Notes under the pieces: generated by a model
Database searches by the model: none
Seen by the model: only the letters and a program-made list of their open reading frames with translations
Told to the model about the DNA's origin: nothing
Translations under genes and position numbers: made by a program
Assembly: GCA_004431415.1 (NCBI GenBank)
Contig: QPMI01000526.1
Location: 62,001-126,000, forward strand
Reading direction: 5' to 3'
DNA length: 64,000 nt
From: Cyanophora paradoxa CCMP329
Taxonomy: Eukaryota > Plantae > Glaucophyta
Shown: piece by piece, positions 21,201-32,561 of the stretch
Layout of the letters: every line of letters begins with the position of its first letter
How positions within the stretch are numbered: position 1 is the first letter of the stretch

Positions 21201-23947
21201 GGCGCGAAGCTTAAGGCCTCCGACGAATTCGAAGACGACGACGACGACGCGGAAGATAGCGGTGAGCGCCAGCATTTCAAACTAGAGCGCTAGGCGTCGA
21301 GAATCTTTATCTAAATTTACCTTATCGAAAATCGGCCTGAAAAAGCGGTGATCATGACATTCAAACTAGAGCCGTCGAAATTCTACCTTATCGCGAAAAT
21401 AGACCTTATTGTTTATTTAATTTCATACAAATCAAACCGACCCACGCCGGCAGAGCGCGAAAGGGACGAGGAGGAGGATGCGGGGGAGGAGGAGGAGGAG
21501 AGCGAGGCGGAGAGCGCGTCAAAGTCGGCCCCTGCCGCTGCCGCCGCCGCCGGTGCGAAACTAAACTGTCTCCGCGAAAGTTAAAACGTTCCATTTTTAT
21601 TTAATGTCGCTGATGTTGTTTTGCAGAATCGGCTCGCCCGAAGTGCTCCTGCCATCTCAAGCGCTGCCCAGAGTGCCGCGGCTGCACTTTGCGGCACTGC
21701 TCGTGCCCCGGCGGGCCGGCCGCCGCCGCCGCCGCCGCCGCCGCTCAATCCGACGCGGAGAGCGGTTAGCACCGATCGAAATTGTGTTCAATGATTTGAT
21801 CTCTCTGATTTGAATTCTTCGCGCAGAGCCGAGCGAGAAAGGCGACGGCGAGGCTTCGAGCGACGACTCGGAGGAGGAAGAGAAAGCCGCGCCCACGTCC
21901 TCGGGCTCGCCGGGTTCGAAATTTAATCGATTCTGAGGCGCGAAGTCTCCTGGTTTACGAGCTGATTGTGACGCGCGCAGGGTGCAAGTGCCGCGGCCGG
22001 TACGCGCAGAAGTGTGCTGAGTGCCACAGCTGCACCCGCCTGCACTGCTCCTGCCCCGGCGGCCCGGCAGCGCCGGCGGCTGATGTCGCTCAATCCGACG
22101 CGGAAAGCGGCAAGCATCGAGCGGGAGTTTTATATTTGATTAATTTTCTGAACTATTCGCGCAGAGGCGAGCGAGAAAGGTGACGGCGAGGCGTCGAACG
22201 ACGATTCCGAGGAGGAGGAAGAGAAGACAGCACCTACCTCGGGCTCGGGCTCACCAGGTTCGAATTCGCTTCTGAGGGGCGCAATTTCCGATTAAATTTC
22301 ATTCGTTGAACATCGACGCAGGGTGCAAGTGCCGCGGCCGCTACGCGCAGAAGTGCACCGAGTGCCACAGCTGCACCCGCGTGCACTGCTCCTGCCCCGG
22401 CGGCCCGGCGGCCCCGGCGGCCGATCGCGAATTCGAAGCCGGCGCCGGCAGCGAGGACGGGGATAGCGCTGGCGCCGACAGCGACGACGGTGCGCTACGA
22501 TTAGATCTGTTCACATTCACAGTTTACTTCGCACCGCCCTTCTATTTCAAACTCCGGCGTCGTGCGCTAGCGCTGTGATTAGATTTGTTGGCACTTCGTT
22601 TCGCCCCGCCCTTCTCGTTCCAACTATGCATGCAGCGGGCGAGGAGTACGATCGCGACCGCGGAGCGGGGTCGGGCGCCGGCGCCTGCGCCTGCCACTCC
22701 AAGAAGTGCGCGGGGTGCCGTGGCTGCCTCAAGCGGCACTGCGCCTGCCCGGGCGGCCCCGCGGCCGCGGCCTCCGCGATCGCGAAGGGTGCGCTGATTT
22801 CAAATTCTCGAATTTGAAATCAGCTTCTTTTTATGTTGCCGAACGCTAACTCGAGCTTCTTCGATTTCGCAGCGTCGAACAAGAAGATGGAATCGCCCCA
22901 GGACCGTGCGCGCGCTTTCCGAATTTCGAATCGCTGGGCCCATCCTCGCCTTCTTAATGACATGAGCAGCGAAAGGCCGCCGCGGTGCAAAGCGGCCGGC
23001 CGCCGAGCCGGAGCCGGAGGCCGTCTCGGGCTCGGAGGACGGCGACGAAGCGGAGTCCGGAAGTGCGTTATCGCGTCTACATTTCTCAAATTTAAAAACC
23101 AGAAATCTCGGCCAGATACATTTTAGTCATGCAAGATTTAAGCTTAGAGGGCGCTCGAAGCTGAAGCTTGATCATGATCGTGGTCGTGATCACTGAACTG
23201 AACTGACACTAAAGAACGCGCTCGCGCAGAGGAGAACATCCCCCGGCAGCCGCGGGGCGCAAAGCGACCCCGCGCCACGACGGCGGGTCCCGCAGAGCCT
23301 CCGGCGAATTCAAAGTCGCCTCCGGCAGTGTCGACGTCGCGCCCGCTCCGCAGCTGCGCGTGGCTCCAGCGCGAGCTGTCGGCCCCGGCGGCGGCCTCGG
23401 CGGCCCCTGCCCCCTCGAGACCCGCCGCGAAGCCTGCAGCTGCCGCGGTCCGGATCCGCCGCTCCCCTTCCCCTGCCGGCCTGCCTGCCTCCTTGACGGC
23501 CGCGCAGGCGCCTGCTAGCAGCGCCCCGGCTGCAGCCGTCGCCAAAGCGGCGGCGCCGGCGCTCTCGAAGTCAAAAGCTGGCCGGGGCGCTCCGGCTGCA
23601 GCCGCCGCCAAGCTCAAGGCCGCAGCGGCTGCCGCGCCGGCCCCGCGCCCAGCCGCTGCTAAGTCCGCAAAGGCGGGCGCACGGGGCCTTTCCGCGCCGG
23701 CCCTCGCCCTCGTCCCCGTCGCTTTCATGCGCCGCAAGCGGTCCCTCGAGCCCGAGCCCTCGGTCCGCGCCTCTAGTCGATGTCCGCTTCAATTTCAAGC
23801 TAAGCTTCAGCCTAGCCTAGCCTGGGCTGACAATGGTCGATTTTCGCGCCCATGCAGGACGGGGAGGAGGAGGAGGAGGAGCAGACGAAGCCGAAGGCCC
23901 CCAAGCGCCGCGCCCCCGCCGCAGCTCATCGCGGCGTGAGCTCATGA
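18254..23947 (+). CDS. Large, probably nuclear, low-complexity protein with repeated Cys/His-rich motifs
   Basis: Lys-rich NLS-like N-terminus (RKRKRSEKEKKKGKKK). Two CxC..PCxxCxxGxCxxCxC units and four CxC-x4/7-CxxCxxCxxxHCxCPGGP units. Acidic tracts. Last exon DGEEEEEEQTKPK...VSS*, TGA at 23945-23947. Confidence 0.75.
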
Positions 23948-24640
23948 CGACGACACGCCCGTCGAGGTGCTCGCGCTTCGCGCCTCGAGGTCAAAAGATA
24001 GAAGGCCGCCGCTCCGCCCAGGAGCTCGCCTCGCGCTACGCGTCCTCAGTGACCGCCACCCCCAAAGGGCCTAAATCCTTATCTCCGCCCCCGCTGCAGC
24101 TCATCGCGGCGTGAGCTCATGATCACTGAGCCAGCGATCTTGATCGCGGATCGCGCGGGGCGCCAGCTGCAGCTACGGCGAAGCGCTCGGTCACCTTGGC
24201 TCTTGCAATTGCATTTCATTATTGTTATCCACATCGGCATCTACTTATTCGAATCGATATCGTATGCAAGACTCTAATAGATCTAGAGGCTGCACGTAAC
24301 TCCGTTTGTATGATTGAATCTCGAACCTGACGAATTCAAAAAGACCACCTGTCGGTCCAAACCTGCCAAAATGCATACAGCCTAGCGGGAAATCGCCGCG
24401 AGTCGGCGGCGGATGAAAACTAAAGGAGCTCACACCTAAGCATAAACGAAGCAGCGGGATAGCTGCGGGCCTGCTTAAGGATATCGATCGAATAATCTAC
24501 AGCGCTTACAAGGAAGACGAAAATTCAAATGCTCGATGAATGAAACTAGGCTGCTCTGCGACAGGCGGCTGGCACCCGGGACGACGGAAAGGCTAGACTG
24601 CTGTTCAATGAAGGAGGATAAGAGGGCGAGCGGGGCCTGC

Positions 24641-26568
24641 TCAGGCGCGGGCGTGGAAAGTGCGCCTCCCGGCCGCGGAAGCAGGCGCAAAGGCGGGCGC
24701 GAAGGCCGCCGCCGGCTGCTGCTGCTGCTGCCGGGCGCGCGCGCGGCCTACGGACGGGGCTGCGGCGCCGGCCGGCGCCGGGGCTTGGCGGGCCCTGAGC
24801 GGCCTGGCCCCGAAAGGCCCCACACGGAACTGGAACGCCGCCTTCCCGCTCGTCTCCTTCTCCTTGCCCTTCGCGACCGGCGCGGTGACGCCCAGGCGGC
24901 GCCGGTTGTGCAGGCGCCACCGGCACAGAGTCGTCTTCACGCCCTGCGGAAACGGGCGGTCGGATCGGGAAGGCGGGGGTACGGGATTCTTCGACCGCGA
25001 GGGGTGGGGGTACCTCGTTCACGGCGAACATGACGGCGGAGAGCGGCCCAACGTACGCGACGCGTTGCTTGACGCCTAGGGGGGGGGGGGATCCTCAGGG
25101 GCGTACAGGGCACGGATTCGGATCTCGCGTACCCTTCCAGAGGGCGAACGGCCCCTCCTCCTTCACGACGCGCTGGAGAACATCGAAGATGTCTGGGGTA
25201 CCCAGTGAGAGGCGCGGAGGAGGCGGTCTAAGGGAGAGCGGGGGCGGGGGGGGGGGGAGGGGGGAGGGGGGGCGGGTACATACTCTTGTACGGCTCGGCG
25301 TCGGTGCGGCGCTGGCACATGAGGCGCGTCTTCACCTGGGGGGCGTTGAGGGGGGGGGGGGGGGGGGAAGAAAGGCTGCCGGGGTGCGGGGGTACGGCGC
25401 ACGACGTCGAGGGGGCACGTGACGGCGGACGAGAACGCGCCGGCGCTGCAGCCGAAGAAAAGGTTGGGGATGGGAGCCGGCGGGTGGCCCTTTGCGTGTG
25501 TGTAGAGCTGATGAACGAGCAAGGCGAGCTTAGAGCGCAAGCGTCTTTAGGAGAAGAAGAAAGGGCAGACCTCCTTGATCTGGTCGAAGATCATGAAGGA
25601 TATCATCGTCTGCGCGAGGGGAGGGGTACGGGATCAGAAGCGCCGGAGGGGGGGGAGAGGAGGACGGGGGAAATGCGCGCCTGGGGGATATCGCGGAGGA
25701 GGGTACTGTTGAAGCCCGTGTAGAAGCCGCCGTACCCCTCGTTCTGGATGATGCCGCTGATGCAGCCGACGAAGTTGGGGTACACCTCCGCCTGCACCCG
25801 CTGGCGCATGACCTGCATATGCTGTTGGCGGGGGTACAGCTTTCGCCGGAGACGGGGTGCGGGGTACAGCTACCTCCTGGGGGACGCGGAGGTACCCCGC
25901 CAGCCACGAGCCGAGGGCGCCGGCAGTCAGCTGAGCGACGACTGCACCGGCGTGGCTCTGAGGTACCCGCGTCAGGCGGGCGGGGGGGGGTACGGCGATC
26001 GGGCCGGCGCCGGGGCGGGCCTGGGGCAGGTTGTCGGTCAGCCACTTCTTGCTCTTCTCGTAGCTGCGGGGCGGCGCGAGGTCTGGTGAGGGGCCGCGCG
26101 GGCGGGGGCGGGTGCGGGCGGGGGTCGAGTGGGGTACACGCACACGAGGAACTGGAGCATGCCGGAGGGTACGGCCAGCAGGACGCATGACGTGATGCCG
26201 CGGGAGAAGAGGCGGTACGCGTCGCCCGGGCCCTCGAAGCGGTTCGGCAGGGCTCCTCGGAGCTGCACGCGCGTCTTCATGACGTCTGCGCGCGGCCCGC
26301 TCAGCCGCTCAGCACGCGCGGCGGCTGGGACCGAGGGAGGGCGCAGGGCTCGCCGATCGGGTGGAGCGCCACCTGGGCCGCCAGTCTCGCCGCGGCGCCT
26401 GCGGCTCTTACTAAGCGAGGCAGTTCGAGCCGTGTGCGGCCCGGCCGGCTCGCTGGCGACTGAGCTGCCGCCCCGCGCTGGAAGGTTCGCACCGGCGACG
26501 CAGACGTCCTGGAAAGTCAGCTCCACGTCCTGCCCATCCACCTTGATGACCTGTGTTCCGGACGCCAT
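24641..26568 (-). CDS. Mitochondrial carrier family (SLC25) protein, most like the SAM-carrier group, with a C-terminal extension
   Basis: Three Px[DE]xx[KR]xR signatures after splicing (PIDVMKTR, PQEVMRQR, PLDVVKTR). Also EGYGGFYTG, LLRDIP and EEGPFALWKG. Confidence 0.92.
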
Positions 26569-27466
26569 TCCAACCGCCGCGCTTCTGCGAGGCCCCGGCG
26601 GTGAGCGCCGAAACCACAGCCGCTTGCGTGAAGGGGACCGGCTAGGCGCCCCGCGTACGTCATGCACGGCAACGCGCTTGCTAACTTTATGCATCTAAAG
26701 CAGCGGCACGGCGGGGAGGCCGGCCGGGCCGCGTCCGCTTGGCCATGAACGGGCGAGCGGCTGAGGTGCGCCCGTCAGCCCCGTCTTCGGCTCGTTTGGG
26801 TCGCTAAAGTGACCCAAAGCTGCTCAAAACCCGCGCGAGCGGAGCAGGAGGCGGACCCGATGACGAAGCTGCAATGAATCCTCTACCCGTAGCCGAGGGG
26901 GGTAGAGAAGCAGATCTTGCCTGGTACGACAAGAGGATCCGGTCGCGTGGAAGAAGCACCAACCATATATCGGTCCGTCCTTCGCGGAAGTAAGCTGCAA
27001 TAGCCTCGGGAGCACTGGCCTAGCTCGGATTCCCGCGCTCTCGCTTCGCTAGCAGCCAGCGATTCGTGTGATTCTGTTCGGAGTGACCTTGCAGCTGCAT
27101 TCCATATAGACATCTTAGCAGTTCTAGCCATACAGGGTGCCGGCTGTTGCGGATCCGACGAGTTCTGACTCGAGATGCGTTTCCTCAGCCCCATGGGAGC
27201 GATCCTTGCGTACGCGCTCTTCACTACGATACATTCACAGTACATCTCCTCTGCATAGCCAAAGGTACGCTCCCTCGCGCCCCCCGGGCCTCCCCGCGGG
27301 ATCCATGTGCTTTGATCCGAGCTCCCGCCCGCGCGCGCTCCCGAGCGCCTTTTCGTGTAGACAATTATAGGCATCGTAATGTTCATTGTTCGGGTCGCTG
27401 ATCGCCTCACGCAGGCGCATCCGGGAGAGTGTACTTCAACCGGGACTTCAACCGGCCAAGTACCCG

Positions 27467-30400
27467 ATGGCGATCGTGGAGCTGCCGGATGACCTGGACA
27501 ACCTCAGCGAAGGCGGTTTCGCCGACGAGGAGAACGTGTTTGACGGGCTGGACGAGGTGGATGCCGGGCCAGCAGCGCCCAACAGCCTCGGCGGGTTCGC
27601 CGCCTCGGCTGCAGCAGCAGCGTCCTCCGCCCGTCCTTCATCGTCAGGAATAGCGTACTCGGCGTCTGCCAGTGCAGCGAACTCGGCTGCGGCAACTGGC
27701 CCCCGCAGAGAGTCGTTGCCGGGGATGGGAACCGTCCCTTCGGCTGGAGCGTTTTCGGACCCGGCACGCGCATCAGCAGGCAGCGTGCATACTCCAGCTA
27801 CGCAGGCGCAGCCTCCGCCTGGCGGAACGCAGCCCGAGATCGTAACAGCGCCTTTGACCTGGGAGCGGGTGCGCCGCCCGCCGTCTTTAGGAGCCGGGAA
27901 AAGGAAAAGAAAGGAGATCGCGCGTCGCGCGTGGCTGACCTGCCGTCCCCGCAGCTGCGGCAAGTGCTCGGAGACGACGCCGGAACTCGGGACAGGCGCT
28001 CGAAGCGGCAGCGGATCTCGAGCGAGGCGGCGAGCGCCGCGCAGTCGTCCCACGACAGCCTGCAGGAGGTTCGCGCCGGGCGCCGGGTCGCCGGGGCGCA
28101 CCGGCCGGGGTTCGAAGGGGCTGACCCGGCGGGCAGGTGTACCACCAGCAGGTGGCCCTCCACCACGCCCACCAGCGCGCTCTGGCGGGCCTTGGCCCGT
28201 CCTCCTCCGTCAGCCCCCTCCCCGCCGCGCCGACCCCGATGCCCATGTCCCCCTCCCCCCCGCCCTCCTTCCGCGCCCGCCCTCCCCCGGCCCCCATGCT
28301 TCCCCCCCTCCCGACCCCGGGGGCCGAGGCGGCCGACGACGAGATCGACCGGGTGAGTCCAGGCCCCGTACCCGCACCGCCCCGCCCCGCCACCCGCCCG
28401 CTCACTCGCCCTGACGCTGCCCGGCCATGCGCGCGCAGCTGCTCGTTTGCTTCCCGTCGGCGGACCGCAAGTACGGCCAGTTCCGCGAGCAGTTCGTCCA
28501 GCTCCGCAAGTGGATGATGCAGCACGGCAACAAGCCCCCGCGCAAGAACGTCGAGGTCCGTTCGCTCGCTCGCGCGCCCCCGCACTCCTCCCTTCTCCCC
28601 GCCCCGCCCCGCCCCGCGGCCGCCCCGCCTCACTCTCCTCTCGCCTCTGCAGGGCGACGACGGCGAGGAGCGGCGCCTCGGAAACCTCTGCTGTTCGTGG
28701 CGCCGCCGGAAGCTCAAGCACGCGCTGCCCCCGGAGTGGGCCGAGCTTCTGGGGGTACGATCCGCCTACCCGTCCACGCCGCGCCGCGGCGCTGTGCCTC
28801 ATCTTATGCGCCGGGCGCGCGCACGCAGCTGCTGCCCGGCTGGAAGTGGGCGCGTCTGGACGGGCTCCAGGACAGCTCGGCCCCCGGCTCCTGGTTCCTG
28901 GTCGAGCCCCGGACGGACCCCGAGGCCGAGCTCTTCCACCTCTGCGAGGAGCAGAGCGAGGCCGGCCTGGAGGCGCGCGTCTTCCGCCGGAAGTACGAGC
29001 AGATCGTGCGCTTCACGGAGGAGAAGGGCTGGGTCCCCCGCAAGAACACAGACGACCTGGAGGAGAAGCGCCTGGGCGAGATCGCGACCGTCTGGCGCCA
29101 GGCGCACGCCCGCGGAGACTTCTGCGACCTCCACGCTCGCGTCGTCGAGGCGGTGCGCCCGCGCCCGCCCCCGCCCCCGAAGAGTCTGGCGGGCCTTGGA
29201 AGCTCAAGGGCTCGGCAGGGCCTCTCGGCGTGGCGCTGGAAGCGGAAGGACCGCAGCGACAAGGGCGTCGAGCGCGGCGGCGCCGGCGCCGGCAGCGCCC
29301 TGTCGCTGGCCGGCGCCTCGCAGCGCGCCGGCTCGGCCGGCCGCGGCGTGCAGCGGACGACACCCGTGGGCGCCGCCCCGACGCTCCCGCCGCCGTCACA
29401 GCACGCGGCGCCTCAGCATCAACTGCAGCAGTCGCCGGGGATGTCGCTGGCGCACATCCTGGCGCAGTCGCAGCAGCAGCAGCAGTCGCGGCGGCGCGGG
29501 AGCGAGCTCGGCGCGCCCTCCCCCGTCTTCTCGTCGGCCTCCTCGTGCCCCGGCTCGGGCCCCGGGCCGCGGCCCCTCCCCGTCTCCCCGCTCTTCCGCG
29601 CCCGCTCGCCCTCCGCCTCCAACTCGTCGGCGCGGGCCGAGCTGCCGTCCCCAGCCGCCTCGTCGCTCCGCTGCGCCTCGCCCTCGGCCTCCACGCCGGC
29701 GCCCCCGGCCGAGGAGCTGCTCGTGGCGGTCCCCGGCGGGCGCGACGGCGCGACGCACCAGTTCCGCGTCACGGTGCCCGAGCACGTCCGCCGGCGCCAG
29801 CGGCAGATCGCCGCCGCCGGGGGGACCCCCGAGTACTCGATGCACGCCCTCGCCTGCCCCGTCGACGAGGCCGGCGCGCCCCTGGTGGACCTGGGCGACC
29901 CCCAGTTCGTCGACCCGGTCCGTCTCCGCCCGAGGCTCCGCCCAAGGCTCCGCCGAAGGCTTTGCTGACCGCCCGCCCGCCCCCGCAGCTCTACGACCGG
30001 CCGTTCCCCGTCGTTTTCGTCCGGCGCGACGCGTTCCCTTCGCCCTTCCTCGTGCGCTCTCCCGACCCCGGCGGGGCCCGCTTCAGGCGTCTGACGCGCA
30101 CGCGACCGGTCCGCAGGTGAAGGTCCCGATGGGCCCGCCCCCGCCGGAGCCGCCGCCCGCCCCCGCCCGCCCGTCCGACCCGCGGCTCTCGTCGCCGCGG
30201 GACGCCCAGCCGTCGCAGCAGCGGGGAGCCCCGGCGCGGCGCCCGTCGCCCTCGCCCGGGCAGCAGCGGCCCCCGCTCTCGCCGGCGGCCGCGCTGACGG
30301 CGATGAGCCAGCCGCTGCAGCTGCTGCAGCAGCTCCGGCAGCTCCAGGAGCTCCAGTCGCAGCCGGGGCAGCTGCAGGCGTACCTCGAGAGCCTGGCGGC

Positions 30401-32067
30401 CAAGGCCGCCTCCTCGGCGCAGTCGAGCCAGTCGGCCGCGCGGCAGCCGGACGCGCCGCGGCAGCCGCGGATCCACCACAGCCTCAAGTGGGACCGAGAC
30501 TTCAAGGACCGGCTGGAGCAGCTGCGCGTCTTCGTGGCCCAGCAGGGGCGCCTCCCGTCGACATCGTCTGCCATCGGACAGGAGGAGCTCAAGCTCGCCG
30601 AGTGGTGCGGGCGCCAGCGCAAGCAGGAGAAGAAGGGGCGGCTGGACCCGCAGCGCCGCGCCGACCTCGAGACGGTCCCGTGCTGGCGCTGGTGCGGCGC
30701 CGGGCGGCAGCAGTCCGGGGGCGGCGGCTCCAGCCGCCACTCCATCGCGACGGAGGCCTGCACGGAGACCGGGGAGGGCGGGCAGGGCCCCCTCCTCGAG
30801 CTCCTGCCCGTCACGTGGCGCCTCGTCTTCAATCGGCTGCTCATGTACGCCGCCGTGTTCCAGCGTACCCCCCCGGAGGCCGCCGACGGCTCCACGGCGG
30901 CTCCGCCGGTTCCGGAGAGCCTGCACCCCTCGAAGGCCGAGGGGTGCCCCGTCCTGGACCCGGCGGACATCGACGGGTACGCGGACTTCATCGAGACGCA
31001 GCCGCCGATCACGGCGGAGGAGGAGCGCTTCCTCTCGTGGTGGTGCGACGAGCAGCGGCGCGCCTACCGCTCGGGCGTCATCTCGGGCCCCGCGACGGCC
31101 GCCCTCTCCCAGCTGCCCTGCTGGCGCTGGGAGATCAGCGACTGCCAGGAGGATCAGTTCGCGACGCACATGGAGGAGCTCCGCCTCTTCGTCGCGCGCA
31201 ACGGGCGCCTCCCCAGCGTCGGCGAGGCGGCCGCCGGCGGCGGCGGCGCGGCCCCCGCCGCCGCCGCCGGGAGCGAGCCGGCACTGGGGCGCTGGCTCAA
31301 GGCCCGCCGGGCGGACCGCATCGCCGGCCGCCTCTCCGCCGAGCAGGTCGGGCCGTACCCCCCTCGGTTTCCGTTACCCCGCTCGATCTATCTCACCTGA
31401 GCCCGCTCCTCCCCCCGGCAGGCCGCGGCCCTGGAGGCGATCCCAGGCTTCCGCAGCTCCGACGCGCGCTTCGAGGTGCGCCGGGCCGGGTTCGAATTCC
31501 CGCGGGGCCTTTTCGACCGCGCCCCGCGCAGGAGGCAATCCTCGAGCTCCGCGACTGGATCCTCGCCCACTCGCAGGCCTCCTTCCCCGTGCGCCGTACC
31601 CCTCCCTCTGCGTCTCCCCCCCCCCTCCCCCGGATCGAGCCCCGCGCCCCGCAGGGCTCGACGGAGTACGTGTACCCCTCCGCGGACTCGCTGGACCCCC
31701 TGGAGCGCCGCCTCGGTACCCCCTTCCCGCCCCGAGCCCGTACCCCGGCACCCCGGCGCCCGCCGACGCCCCCGCCTTCGCGCAGGCGCCTGGGTTCAAA
31801 ACCGGAGGCAGCAGCACGCGCGCGGGCGCGACGGAGCGAGCGACCCCCACGTCGCCGTGCGCTACCCGGTACCCCCCGCCCCCGGATCGGATTATGACGT
31901 ACCCCGCAGGCGCTGGAGGCGCTGCCCGGGTGGCAGTGGCGGCCCCCCGGCCACGGGACGGCCGAGGACCACGCGTCCGCGCGGGGACCGGCGGCGATCG
32001 CGGCGGCGGCGGCGGCGGCGCGGCGGCGCGGTGCGGAGGAGGGCGCGCAGCAGCAGCAGCAGCAGGC

Positions 32068-32111
<44 letters not shown>

Positions 32112-32561
32112 CCCAGCAGCAGCACCAGGCGCAGCAGCAGGCGGCGGGCGTGGACGCCGAGGCGTTGGTGCGCTCGCGCCTCGCAGACTCGCCCTTCGAC
32201 GTCGCCGTCTCCTTCATCGCCGCCTTCTCGGCGCGCGTCGGGCGCTTCCCGTCGTACACGGTCCCCGGGACGGGCGCGCCGAGCTCGGGGGCGGAGCGGG
32301 CCTGCCTGGGCCAGATCGAGGAGTGGGTACGGCTCGCCCAGGAGGCCGTCCTCTCTCTCGAGGACTGGCACCGCCTGCACGCCATCGCCGGCTTCGGTCC
32401 GCCCCGCTTCGTTCGCTCCGCTTCGTTCGCTTCGTTCGCTCCGATTGACTCGGTTCGCTCCGTTCGCCGCAGCCGAGTGGTACCTCTCGACCCACCCGGA
32501 GGCCGCCGCCGCCGCCGCCGCCGCCGGCGACTCGCACGGCTCTGAGGAGGACGCGCGGTAG
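27467..32561 (+). CDS. Helicase-associated (HA) domain repeat protein, ~7 repeats, no helicase motifs seen; polyQ
   Basis: Repeats such as FKDRLEQLRVFVAQQGRLPS...LAEWCGRQRKQEKKGRLDPQRRADLETVPCWRW and FATHMEELRLFVARNGRLPS...LGRWLKARR...LSAEQAAALEAIPGF. Last exon 32473-32561. Confidence 0.85.
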
